64,000 nt of DNA from Candidatus Poribacteria bacterium (GTDB taxonomy: Bacteria > Poribacteria > WGA-4E > WGA-3G). The stretch's first letter is position 1; every line of letters begins with the position of its first letter. Below, one piece after another: positions 39,559 to 50,782 of the stretch. Location: positions 192,001 through 256,000 of the forward strand of contig CBDANF010000002.1 in the NCBI GenBank assembly GCA_965197475.1, written 5' to 3'. A program made the position numbers and the translations under genes. Below the pieces are notes generated by a model. The model was not told the origin of the DNA. It made no database searches and worked only from the letters and a program-made list of their open reading frames with translations.

Positions 39559-42500
39559 ATGCGTATACAATTAATTCAACAGAAGGTTCCAATTGGAAGC
39601 CAAATCATACTTACGCTAAAAAATGATGAGGAAGTCTCAGGACTTCTTACGGAAATCGGGCTTGATTATATAACTCTGGAAATAGCAAATCGTCAAAAAA
39701 CAATTTTGGCGGACGCAATCTTAATGTTTGACGTACAAGGAGAGGACAGTGAAGTTGAAGCAACTAATTCAACAGATGTTAATACAGTATCAACCGATTC
39801 GGTTCCAGAGCAGGTTGAAACACCTGACTCAACAGATGCTAACACAGAAGCAATAGACCCGGTTGAAGCATCAGAGTCTTCAGACGTTAAAACAGAGCCA
39901 ACAGAACCAGTTCCAGAGCAGGTTGAAGCCCCTGACTCAACAGATGCTAACACAGAATCAATAGACCCGGTTCCAGAGCAGGTTGAAGCATCGGAGTCTT
40001 CAGACGTTAAAACAGAGCCAACAGAACCAGTTCCAGAGCAGGTTGGAGCCTCGGAGTCTTCAGATGCTAAAACAGAAACATCTGACTCAGTTCCAGACCA
40101 AGTTGAAGCATTTAATCCAACAGATGCTGATACGGAATCAACAGATCTCGTTAATCCTGAAGAACAGGCTTCTGAAAAACTAACTGAAATCGTGACCCGA
40201 TATAATACTGAAATCAATATCTCCTCAATTGAATTGGAAGTGCCAGATTTTACCTTTCCCGCAAAAGAGTTGACAAGTTGGCAAAATACAGATATTGCTG
40301 GCAAGTGGTTACAAATCAAGAATAAGTATGAGAACGCTCAAAAAATCAATGAATTAAGTACTAAATTTGGTAGAATTCAACCACTTCTAATGGAAGTTAA
40401 ATCTTTAGTTCGGCGTTTCCCAAATTCTCCATCGCTAAAACGTGTTACTGCCTATTTTTACGCTGTATCAGATGATTGGCAGGAGGCTATCCAGATTTAT
40501 AAAGAGGTGGCGATTACTTCTGAGGACGCGAACGATTGGTTTAATGTTGCAGTATCAGCGTTGCAGCTGAATAAAAAAGAACTCGCTTGTTATAGTTTGG
40601 AAAAATACTTCAATGGCATTTCTGTAATTGATAAGTTAAATGCGTGGTATATCTATGTCAATCTCGTAGGGAAATTTAACAACCTTTCTGCCTTCCGTGA
40701 ATTGTGTAAAAAAGGCGAAAATGATGTTGCTGAAAATGAAATTGAAGTTTTATTGGATGCGGCTATATATCTCTTTAAGAGGAAGGTTACCACAGAATTA
40801 GCGGTAGAAATTGTACAAAAACGAATCAAAGGCGAACCCATTGCATCTCTGCTTATAGAAGTCTCTCAAAAACTTGGTGGTCAGTCCACTGAGTCCTACA
40901 AGCGATTCTTGTCAGAGTTCATGAACGATATGATTGCTTCGGAGAAAACAATACATCCGATTTCTCCTGAATATCCTGAACGCATTGATACCGTAAAAAA
41001 GAGCCTTCATCATATACCATCACAAAAACATGACTTAGAAACTCAAGAGGAAGACCCTTATACGATCGCAAAGCGTGCTGATTTAGTGGAAAAAGACCTT
41101 GAGAAAGCGGAACAGTATTATCGAGCGTGCATTAGCCAAAATATCAAGCATGACAGTGCAATTAAGGATTTGGCAATGGTTCTTGTTCGGTTAGGGCAAC
41201 CAGAGGAAGCAGTAGATTTACTCGAAAAAAATAGAGAAAAAGTTATAGATGAACAGTCTATAGATAACGTTTTAATTTCTGTGTACCCTGCTGCGGCTCA
41301 ATATGATAAAGCAATTAACCTGCTTAACAATGCTCTCAAGCAAACCCATGATCAGGAACGTAGACTGCAAATTCGCATGCAAATCGCTAGTGCTTATATT
41401 AAGCTAGAAGATTATGTAAGTGCTGAAAAGCAATTCCATCTTGTTCAGAAACTACGCCCACAAAATATTACTGTACAAAGGAATCTTGCCTTTTGTCTCT
41501 CAAAACAGAATCGCTATGATGAAGCAAAGCAGATTTTAGATATAATTCAGAGTACGTCCCCTGACGCGAAAACTACGGAGTTATTAGAAGCAATTGAAAG
41601 GGCAAAGAGGACAGGCGAATTTATACTTGATGAGGACGCAATCATTGAGGTTGAAACTGTCCTTTCATATTTGTCAGGTGAATTAAGTGACTTCGCACAT
41701 TTTTTCCTAGATCGGTGTGCATTTGATGGTGTCTCACCTGAACGGGTTAACGAGGGGAAATACACGGGTTCTGAAAAAGATTTTCGGTATGATATGGAAA
41801 GGCTTGAAGATATTGCCAAGCAACTAGGGACCAAGCGACCTCGTGATAGAAGTCATTATTATCTCTCGGCTGCTAGAATCTACTTTGATCTGGGTGGTAA
41901 TCAGAATGTTTTCTATCGTTACCTCTGCCGAAGTTTTGCTTCAAGAGGTGATGCTGCGGTGAGTGAAAATAAACACTTGGATACTGTTAGAGAATGGTAT
42001 TGTGAGGCATTAACTGCTTATGATGGCGACAAAACACGACGTAAAAGGGATGAGCAGGATGCAGTTAATTCACTCGTTAGATATCTATATTCAACATTGG
42101 GGAATGCACATATTGATTTAACTCCGAACACCCGCACTTTCAATGAAGTAGTGAGAAACGTTATTAATAATCATCCAGACAAGAAAAAAGTTTTTGATTT
42201 TATTGCGTATCTTATTTTACACAGTCGGTTTGCTGCTGACAGGCTTTTGAACCGTCTATACGATAATGATACTCTAAGAACAATTGCAGTAGATTATTTA
42301 AAAGAAATGGATATACTGGTACCTGATGTGATGGATCGGCTCGTGGATTTTGTCCATCCTTGGAATGAATTACGAAATGGGAAATTCAACGAAGCTCATA
42401 ACATATCAGACAAATTGCGATTATTGAACAATTTTGATCTGACACCGTCATGGTTAGAAGACAACATTAGATTCACAAAAGACATTCGGACAAGTTTGTT

Positions 42501-44316
42501 TTTTGAATTAGATCAACAACGTGTTGGAGCATTGCAGAGAATCCTTGAAAGCGCATTGGAACTTTGCAAACAGGTAACGTTTGAAGAACGACAACACTGG
42601 TGTTCTCAACTTCGTAGTTTTTGTCAGGATCTACTTAGAGGTATTGAAGAAAGCCCAACAAGAGTCTCTGTAGAAGATGTTTATCCTATTACTGAGGTCA
42701 TCCAAGAGAAAGTGAATTCATACCTCGACGAACTTTACGAGACCTCAAAACCTCAACTGACACTCAGACTACCTGTGGAATCTTATGTCCCTGATACTAA
42801 CCGACAAATAGAAGTTCAGATTGTTTTAGAAAATGAGAGAGGCCGAAGTCCCGCTGAGTCGTTAGAGTTAATCGTTCAGGCGGACGAAGCATTTTTTGTG
42901 GTGACAGAATCGGAGATTAAGCAGAATGAATCTTTACGTGGAGGCGAACAATCAATTCTGACAGTCCCATTACGCGTAACTCCGGACGCTTTACAATCCC
43001 AGACCTTTTCTTTATCCCTTTGTGCTCAATATCGTACTCGGACGAAAGAACAAGTACAAACTCCAGATGAGAATCTTTCCATTCGCCTTTATTCAGAAGA
43101 TGAATTTGAGAAAATTGAAAACCCTTATGCTGCTTATGCTGAAGGTGGTATTGTTGGCGATACGAATATGTTCTTTGGGCGGGAAGAACTTATCCGAAAC
43201 ATTGCACAAGCTATTCAAGAATCTCAATTGCAGAGCAAATGTGTCTTGGTCTTTGGACAAAAAAGATCTGGAAAGTCTTCGGTGTTGTATCACCTAAAAG
43301 AGTTGCTCCAGGAAGATAGAGAACTTCTTATCCTTGATTTAGGAAACATGTCTACGCTTCTGGATCAACATGCCCAAACCTCACTCTTGCACCAATTTCT
43401 CAACGGTATTTTGAGAGCATTTGAACGTGCGATTCAGCGAAAACAACATGAGGGTTTAAGTCCCCTTGAACTTGCTATTCCTGGTAAAGAATTCTACGAT
43501 CATCCCGCACCTCTGCAACTTTTTGAAGATACCTTTGTGAAACTAAAGGATTTGACTAACGGGCAAGCAGGCCAAGAAGATTGGCGTGGCACAAGGGTTG
43601 TCCTCCTGATAGATGAATTTCAGTACATCTATGACCCGATCATTGAAGGCAAAATTCCTGACTCGTTCATGAAAAATTGGAAAGCTTTGCTACAGGCGAA
43701 TTACTTTAGTGCTGTGTTGGTAGGACAAGATGTGATGAAGAAGTTCAAACTCCGATTTCCCAATGAGTTCGGCACAGCGCAGGATGAGCGAGTCACCTAT
43801 CTTAAGGAAGAAGATGCCCGGAAACTTATTGATGAACCAATACGCATTGATGGAAGGCAAGGGGACAGTCGCTACCGGGAACAAGCAATCGAACGTATTG
43901 TAGAACTCACTGCAAGAAGTCCATTCTATATTCAAATTATTTGCAACCGTCTCGTTGACTACATGAATGTTAAACATGCGGGACTGGTAACAGAGGCGGA
44001 TGTAGAACAAGTCAAAAATGAACTAATACACGACGTAAATGCACTTGGCCTAGACAAATTTGATAATCTCATCAATTCGGGAGATACATCACCAGATGCT
44101 ATTTCAGATGAAGATGCTCTAAAAGTTCTGAAAGTTATCGCTGACAATAGTAATAGGACAGATCCTTGTCATCGCGATCGAATCGTTTGCCAAACAAATT
44201 CACCAATTGATACAATTCTGGATGATCTTGTGAATCGGGATGTTGTTAAACGCCGCGATCAATCTTATCAAATTCAGGTTGGCCTTTTCAAAGAGTGGCT
44301 TGCTGTCAACGGATAA
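39559..44316 (+). CDS. Large TPR-containing protein with C-terminal STAND-type P-loop ATPase
   Basis: N-terminal Sm-like beta domain, acidic repeats, TPRs (AIKDLAMVLVRLGQPEEAV, NLAFCLSKQNRYDEA), beta-sandwich, then NPY...FFGRE...GQKRSGKSS...LLIDEF...SPFYIQ. Confidence 0.8.
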   Translation: MRIQLIQQKVPIGSQIILTLKNDEEVSGLLTEIGLDYITLEIANRQKTILADAILMFDVQGEDSEVEATNSTDVNTVSTDSVPEQVETPDSTDANTEAIDPVEASESSDVKTEPTEPVPEQVEAPDSTDANTESIDPVPEQVEASESSDVKTEPTEPVPEQVGASESSDAKTETSDSVPDQVEAFNPTDADTESTDLVNPEEQASEKLTEIVTRYNTEINISSIELEVPDFTFPAKELTSWQNTDIAGKWLQIKNKYENAQKINELSTKFGRIQPLLMEVKSLVRRFPNSPSLKRVTAYFYAVSDDWQEAIQIYKEVAITSEDANDWFNVAVSALQLNKKELACYSLEKYFNGISVIDKLNAWYIYVNLVGKFNNLSAFRELCKKGENDVAENEIEVLLDAAIYLFKRKVTTELAVEIVQKRIKGEPIASLLIEVSQKLGGQSTESYKRFLSEFMNDMIASEKTIHPISPEYPERIDTVKKSLHHIPSQKHDLETQEEDPYTIAKRADLVEKDLEKAEQYYRACISQNIKHDSAIKDLAMVLVRLGQPEEAVDLLEKNREKVIDEQSIDNVLISVYPAAAQYDKAINLLNNALKQTHDQERRLQIRMQIASAYIKLEDYVSAEKQFHLVQKLRPQNITVQRNLAFCLSKQNRYDEAKQILDIIQSTSPDAKTTELLEAIERAKRTGEFILDEDAIIEVETVLSYLSGELSDFAHFFLDRCAFDGVSPERVNEGKYTGSEKDFRYDMERLEDIAKQLGTKRPRDRSHYYLSAARIYFDLGGNQNVFYRYLCRSFASRGDAAVSENKHLDTVREWYCEALTAYDGDKTRRKRDEQDAVNSLVRYLYSTLGNAHIDLTPNTRTFNEVVRNVINNHPDKKKVFDFIAYLILHSRFAADRLLNRLYDNDTLRTIAVDYLKEMDILVPDVMDRLVDFVHPWNELRNGKFNEAHNISDKLRLLNNFDLTPSWLEDNIRFTKDIRTSLFFELDQQRVGALQRILESALELCKQVTFEERQHWCSQLRSFCQDLLRGIEESPTRVSVEDVYPITEVIQEKVNSYLDELYETSKPQLTLRLPVESYVPDTNRQIEVQIVLENERGRSPAESLELIVQADEAFFVVTESEIKQNESLRGGEQSILTVPLRVTPDALQSQTFSLSLCAQYRTRTKEQVQTPDENLSIRLYSEDEFEKIENPYAAYAEGGIVGDTNMFFGREELIRNIAQAIQESQLQSKCVLVFGQKRSGKSSVLYHLKELLQEDRELLILDLGNMSTLLDQHAQTSLLHQFLNGILRAFERAIQRKQHEGLSPLELAIPGKEFYDHPAPLQLFEDTFVKLKDLTNGQAGQEDWRGTRVVLLIDEFQYIYDPIIEGKIPDSFMKNWKALLQANYFSAVLVGQDVMKKFKLRFPNEFGTAQDERVTYLKEEDARKLIDEPIRIDGRQGDSRYREQAIERIVELTARSPFYIQIICNRLVDYMNVKHAGLVTEADVEQVKNELIHDVNALGLDKFDNLINSGDTSPDAISDEDALKVLKVIADNSNRTDPCHRDRIVCQTNSPIDTILDDLVNRDVVKRRDQSYQIQVGLFKEWLAVNG
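39765..40150 (+). repeat. 60-bp (20-aa) intragenic tandem repeats
   Basis: gttccagagcaggttg at 39802, 39910, 39970 and 40030, with a variant at 40090; units PVPEQVEASESSDVKTEPTE and PVPEQVEAPDSTDANTESID. Confidence 0.9.
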
Positions 44317-44326
44317 ACGGAAAAAC

Positions 44327-45853
44327 ATGAATCCATTTGCTAATTACGGTAGAATCGTCCATGGTGACCGTTTCATTGGACGTAAGACAATTGTGAACAA
44401 TATCGAAAACCGGATTATTCATCCCGATAATCCGGGGAATCTTGTGATCATTGGGATGCATCGTATCGGCAAAAGCAGCCTGGCGCACAAAGCAATCATT
44501 GAGCAAAAAGAAAACCTAACAAAGAAAGGGGTACTTCCGATTTGGATGGGGGTTGCTTCATACGATCTGTCCTCAGATTTCTTCCACGCGCTGGTAAAGA
44601 GATGTGTTCGGGAAATGAAGAGGTTAGATTGGCTATCAGGCACGGTTCAAGACTTAGCTGACTACGCATTGGAAACTGAAGATTCATGGGACGAAATTAA
44701 AGATTTTTTTATAGAAGTTAAAGAAATCGGGTATCGGATGCTCCTTATTCTTGATGAATTTGATCACGCGCGACATCTCTTCAAAGGAAACACGGCCTTT
44801 CAACGTTTACGGGAACTTGCTGATTACCCAGATTACGGGTTTTCTCTCGTTCTCACATCCCGTCGAAGTATTAGAGATATCGAACTTTCGGCTGGATCCT
44901 CGTCCCCATTTCATAACATTTTTCAAGTTCAACGTTTGGGAATGTTTAATGACGAGGACTTAGAAATTTATTTTTCCAGATTTTCAAATATTGGAATACC
45001 AATTTCTGATGAAGACAAAAAACGTGTGTTGTTCTATTGTGGAGATCATCCCTATCTGCTTGAGATGTTAGGTTGGGAAATAGTTGAGAGGTATCGTCAA
45101 AATCAAGAACAGGAAATTGATGTTGATAAAGCTGCTGATGCTATTATTCAATCTGTCTTTGAGCATTATGACGACATGATTCGGTTACTGCGGGAGGAAA
45201 AAACACTTAATAAACTCCTCCAAATTTTGCTTGGTCCTGTCATTGATGTCAAGCCAACTGATGTAACTGAACTTCAAAACTACGGTTTGATTAAACTTAC
45301 CGAGAAAGATCATGGAGATGAAAAGCACCCTGAAAAAGGTACTTATGTTGCCTATTCAGAACATTTCCACGATTATCTTAAACTGCATGAACGTTCAACA
45401 GAATTTACTGATGATGTATGGCCAATCTGGAGGAAAACTGAGAAAGCATTGCGTGAAGTGATTACAACCACCCTGTTTAAGACGTATGGAGATGACTGGA
45501 TTAAAGAGTTAGAGAAAGGACGTTCTAACTTAAAGAAAATTTTCGACGAGTGTCGACAAGCACAACGGAAAGAAGAAAATTCTTTTGGAGACAGAGCGTC
45601 ACAGAATTTGATTGATTTCACCTATCCTGCAGATTTGTTTACGATTATTTTCGCAAAAGGATTGTGGCAACCATATTTTCAACCACTCTTTGGACATAAT
45701 CCAAATTACTGGGAGCAACGCAAACAGTTATTGACAAAGTGTAGAAATCCCTTGGCTCATAATCGTGGTGAGATACTTAAACCCCATGAGCGTAAGACTC
45801 TTGAAGCATACTGTGATGAAATTCTGGGAGTATTGTCTGATTATATAGAATAA
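44327..45853 (+). CDS. STAND-type ATPase with C-terminal Swt1-like HEPN domain
   Basis: Start placed at ATG 44327. NPF...FIGR, GMHRIGKSS, LILDEFD, HPYLL; C-terminal TEKALR...W...RNPLAH (R-x4-H). Confidence 0.8.
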   Translation: MNPFANYGRIVHGDRFIGRKTIVNNIENRIIHPDNPGNLVIIGMHRIGKSSLAHKAIIEQKENLTKKGVLPIWMGVASYDLSSDFFHALVKRCVREMKRLDWLSGTVQDLADYALETEDSWDEIKDFFIEVKEIGYRMLLILDEFDHARHLFKGNTAFQRLRELADYPDYGFSLVLTSRRSIRDIELSAGSSSPFHNIFQVQRLGMFNDEDLEIYFSRFSNIGIPISDEDKKRVLFYCGDHPYLLEMLGWEIVERYRQNQEQEIDVDKAADAIIQSVFEHYDDMIRLLREEKTLNKLLQILLGPVIDVKPTDVTELQNYGLIKLTEKDHGDEKHPEKGTYVAYSEHFHDYLKLHERSTEFTDDVWPIWRKTEKALREVITTTLFKTYGDDWIKELEKGRSNLKKIFDECRQAQRKEENSFGDRASQNLIDFTYPADLFTIIFAKGLWQPYFQPLFGHNPNYWEQRKQLLTKCRNPLAHNRGEILKPHERKTLEAYCDEILGVLSDYIE

Positions 45854-45871
45854 AACATCTCAAAGAACCGT

Positions 45872-46321
45872 ATGCCACAAAAAACAGCATTCGTCTATCA
45901 CTCAGACTACCTTAACCACGACACAGGTCCCGAACACCCTGAACGGTCTGACCGACTCATAGCCAGCCTTGCAGCACTCCAACAAAGCAATGTTTGGCAG
46001 CAGCTGCACCACATTGGCCCTACACCCGCGACCGTTGAGCAGATCACTTACGCACACAACCCCGGTTATAGCGAACATATCCGTCAATACTGTGAGTCGG
46101 AAGTTCCACTCACCTACGACACGCCTGTCGGACATGAATCTTATGATATTGCCCTGCTTTCAACGGGTGGGGTGTTATGTGCAGCAGAGGCAGTGATCAC
46201 AAAGAAAGTGAAAAACGCCTTTGCGATGGTTCGTCCACCAGGACACCACGCGACGCCGGGACAGAGCATGGGGTTTTGTCTATTCAACAACATCGCCATT
46301 ACAGCACGTTATCTTCAATGA
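45872..46321 (+). pseudogene. Histone deacetylase family protein, truncated after about 149 aa
   Basis: HPE-x-x-x-RL, RPPGHHA...MGFCLFNN. The Zn-binding D-x-D-x-HHGNG half is not found in the window, and the stop coincides with the start of the IS island. Confidence 0.8.
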
Positions 46322-46400
46322 ATTGTGCTACTACAAACGCCTAATCGGGCTTACAAATCCTTCAACAATTTTGAGTTAGCTCATACTTTCAAAACCACAT

Positions 46401-47062
46401 AATACCATTTCTGAATAATTATATTCCATTTGCGACTTTCGTGAAATATTTAAAATTTGTGATTTGGGCAATAGCTGCCTTCGTATACTTTCTCAAGATT
46501 TGTGTGATTTTGTCCTGCATTTCCTCTATTGACCCCAATGTGTGCTGAAACAATTTGGCTTTGATGTCTTGCCAGAGTCTTTCGATCGGGTTCAACTCTG
46601 GACTATAAGGGGGTAGAAAAATCAAGGCGATGTTGTCAGGAAGTTGTAGCGATTTCGCCTGATGAAAACGACCATTATCAAGCACAAGGACATTTAGCGT
46701 CTCTGGAAAAGTCTTTGCTAACTCATCAATGCATACTTGGAAACAGACACCATTGAGCCAGGGCATTTCAAGGAAGAAACTTTCTCCTGTTATCGGTTCC
46801 ACAGCTCCGTATAGATAAAGGCTCTGGTAAGTGTGATCAACATTGGCAATCGGTTTAACACCGCGTAAGGTGGGACGCCGAGACGACACAGGCAAAAGAC
46901 CACACCTTGACTCGTCTTGGCAAAAAAGTCGGACGCTTTGAAAAGAAGATGCCTTCTCCGAAATCACCTCCTCAACTTTGGTAGCGAAGTTAGCAACGAA
47001 CGCATCACACGCTACATCGTTTTTTTTATGACTTTTGCGAGGCACTTTGAGTTTCGCATTCC
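46401..47062 (-). mobile_element. IS630 family element, 5'-truncated (DDE domain ORF 46419-47045)
   Basis: FCQDESRCG, LDNGRFH, LPPYSPELNPIERLW. The N-terminal HTH region is missing upstream of AKLKVPRKSH. Confidence 0.85.
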
Positions 47063-48124
47063 ATTCAGTGGTTGTGTTGAATTATGATGCTGCAATAGGT
47101 GGAAATCCTACTAACCTTGTAACATAAAACACAAAAATTATCAAGTGTTTACATGGCGCGTGCCTTGAATGTGTCAAACCAGCATCTTCTGATACTCTTA
47201 AATGGTGATAATTAAAGAGATATACTTTTCTCTTTTAATTTAGATGGTTTTGAATACATTTATTTCTGCTTAATTTCACCCCATAAAGTAGCGACTTTGT
47301 CTTTAGGATTTATACTATATCTAATCTGTGAATTAGATATTAATTTAGGATCGCCTACCGCAGGATGATCACATGATGCACCATCAACACTACTATCAAT
47401 TACCATTTTTAATACTTCTGCATCAAAAGGTATATAAAAATTAACCTCTTCATAAGGATCCTCACCAGTTAATAATCTGGATTCGTATACCTTCTTTCCA
47501 TCGATCTCAAATCTAAATATACAGCTACCGCCTACAAAACAACTTTTATTTTGATTTTTACCTATCTCAAAATCTCTATCATTAGTCATCCCAATATATC
47601 CTTCAAATGCGATATATTTATTTCCTTGCAAATTATATTTAAGAGATGAGGCTTTTGGATGATTAGGTGGAGATAGAGAAAGACCTCTTTCAAAAGTAAC
47701 ATTTCTAATAATAATAGGATTACCGTTATTAGTTTTATTATCTGAAATAGATTGCGATCCCCAACCATTTTTATATTCACGACTGGGATTAAAAGGTTTT
47801 AGACCATCTTCATCAGGTAAAGTCTTTTTTCCTGAATTAATATTAAGATATACAACATTTTTAGAAGTATCTTCTTTAATAGTTATCGGTTCTGAATCTT
47901 TTTCAATCCCTAAATCTTCATTTTTATTACGTATAGGAGTTTGTTTATCAACCAACTCATCTTTAAATCTTGGAGGCATAATAAAATCGTATTTATGAAA
48001 ATTAAAAGCACCAAAAATATCCATAGTCATAAACGTTATATGATTCTTTCCTATAAGTTTACTTCTATTTATTCTAAGATCTATATTAGTATTTTTACCA
48101 TTAATATATTGCCAACCTAATACT

Positions 48125-49369
48125 TGTACTGCCATCGGAAATTCGGGCCACTCTCTAAGACAAGATTATGGTATAATATCCATCTCCTTGAAAGGAGTAT
48201 CCGATGGCGAAACGAAAACGAAGAAACTTCACCCCCGAGTTTAAAGCCGAAGTTGTTCTTGAGGCTCTCAGCGTTGAAAGTTCCCAAGCAGAAGTGTGTC
48301 GGCGACATAACCTCAGCGATGAACAACTTTCAAAGTGGAAGCGACAGCTTCTTGAAAAAGCGGCGACCCTCTTTGAACCCGCTGATAAACAGTCTGATGC
48401 CTCTGCGGAGCGGATCGCCCAACTTGAGCAACTCGTTGGGCGGTTGACCCTGGCACTTGACATCCAAAAAAAAGCCTCAACTTACTTGAGCTAACCCCGA
48501 TGGAGCAACGAGAAATGGTTACGGCATTACGGACAGACTTTTCGGTTCGGCAGATATGTGAGACACTCGGTTTCAACCGAAGCAACCTCTATTATCACCC
48601 CAAGCAGGCCCCGTGTGAAGCGGGCCTCCAGGATGAAATAGAGACGTTATCTTTGCTATATCCAACATACGGATATAGGCGTCCCACACAGTTGTTGGTG
48701 CGTAACGGATACACCATCGGGTATAAACGTGTTGCCCGATTGATGAAGTCCGCCAACCTCTCGGTTTCTGTCAAGCGTGTCTGTCAAACCACGACATCCG
48801 TTGCGGGTGTGCGTCCCTGGAGCAATCGCCTTGAAAACCTTGATGTCTCCCGATGTGATCAGGTCTGGGTGGGCGATATCACCTACGTCCGCCTCAAAGG
48901 ACACTTTATCTATGTTTGTCTGCTCATGGATGTCTTCACTCGCATGATCAGAGGGTGGTATATCAGTCAACACTTGACGCAATCTCTAACGTTGAAACCT
49001 TTGGAGACAGCATTATGTCAAAATGTCCCAGAGATCCATCATTCTGATCAAGGCGTTCAATATCTTTCAAATGCGTCCATCTCACTGCTTAGGCATCATG
49101 GGATTGAGATTTCAGTCGCCCGGAGAGGGTGTCCTTGGGAGAACGGATATGCTGAAAGACTTATCCGCACGCTCAAGGAAGAAGAAGTTCATCTCAACGA
49201 CTATGAGGACATCCACGAAGCGAGAGCCCGCATTGGGCATTTTATTACACAAGTATATAATCACAAACGCCCTCACTCTGCGTTAGGGTATTTGACACCT
49301 GTGGAATTTGAGCAAAAAAACTTGTCTTAACTTTGCTAAATTTTGGTCTGAATAAACGGTAGCACTTCA
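48125..49369 (+). mobile_element. IS3 family element (orfA 48204-48494, orfB 48500-49330)
   Basis: TG...CA ends with imperfect TIRs and 3-bp TSD ACT. A8G slippery run near 48466 with orfB in the -1 frame. WVGDITY, HHSDQG-x-QY, ENGYAER motifs. Confidence 0.95.
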
Positions 49370-49796
49370 ACTAATATATTATTATCCATAACTATAACTA
49401 TAACTTGATATAAATCATTTGGACTTGTAATATTTGCTTTAATACTAATTATATTAGGTTCTATTTCTTCAACATTAAATACTTGATTTATCTTTGGATG
49501 TTGCCATGTTATTACTCGATTGGCATTAAAAAAATAATGTTTATGTAACCATCTAGCTTCGTATTCTGATAATCCTTTTCCTGGTCCCATAAAAGAATTT
49601 ACAGCTTCAGTATGATATAAACCAAAGGTATGTCCTATTTCATGTGCAATAAGTCTAACCATATCTGTATCTGCATTCTCTGCAAGATAACATGAACCTC
49701 CAAAATTAAAATTATAAAAAGGCCATCCAACTCCCCATTGACAGCATCCTTGATGCAAATTAATTGTATTAATACCTCCCACAATAAAAACATGTA

Positions 49797-50782
49797 GGCT
49801 CATGTAAAAAGTAAGTGCTATTTTTTCAAAGTTATGTTAGCGTGTTACCTATGGACTTTCCAATACAATCTCTCATGGATGAAGAAAAAACTCAAGCGTG
49901 GGTGTTGGATCATTTCCACCCTCAAGGGCTGTGTTGCCCAAAATGCCAAGCGAGCGTGGCGGAGGCACGCAAGTTCCGTCCGACTGAAACAAGTGGTCTA
50001 CAAGTGTATCGCTGCAAACACTGTGAGAGCATCTACAACCTCTATACCGGGACGGTCTTTGCTGGCACGCAGTTTCGTCCCTCACAGGTCGTTCTGCTTT
50101 TGCGCGGTGTCTGTCAAGGTGTTTCAAGTGCACAACTCGGGTGTGAACTGGGTCTAAGTCGTCAAACCGTTCTTTCTATAAGACGTAAACTCCAAACTTC
50201 GGCAGAGCAGATACAACCCGAAGCTGCTTTACCTGATGCTGAAGTCGAAACAGATGAGATGTTTCAAAACGCCGGTGAAAAAGGCGATAAGCACGTTGAT
50301 GCTTCGGATCCGCCGCGTCGGCGTGGCAATAAACGCAGGGGACATGGGACTTATGACAATGATCGTCCGCCTATTGTTGGGACGAAAGGTCGCGAAAGCG
50401 GTCTCCTGAGATTACGTGTTGTGCGGCACACCGATTCTGCGACGCTTTCAACACACGTTCATCAGTGGACGTTGCCGACTTCAACGGTGTATACGGATGG
50501 TTGGCGTGGCTATAACCGTATTCAGCGCGCCCGTGAGATTGTTCTCCATAAGGATGGCGAGTGGGCAAGAGACGCAGACGGTGATGGTCTTTACGAGATC
50601 CATACAAGGACGATTGAAGGTGCCTGGACGACGCTGCGAAACTTCCTTCGTCCCTTTCGTGGCGTTCATAAAAAGTTCCTCGCCGGTTACGTCGCAATCT
50701 GTGAGTTCGTCATGAATCTAAAAGCTGTCAGTGTTGATTTTATAGCAAAACTCGTCAAAAGCACTTACTCTTGACATGAGCG
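49797..50782 (+). mobile_element. IS1595 family element (transposase 49815-50774)
   Basis: TIRs ggctcatgtaaaaagtaagtgct and cgctcatgtcaagagtaagtgct, 9-bp direct repeat AAACATGTA. Zn-finger cysteines, VETDEMF, VYTDGW-x-x-Y, H-x-x-TIEG-x-W. Confidence 0.93.

Noticed and set aside
39765-40150. Periodic 60-bp repeats as a CRISPR array
   Set aside because: They are in-frame coding repeats without unique spacers, and no cas genes are present.
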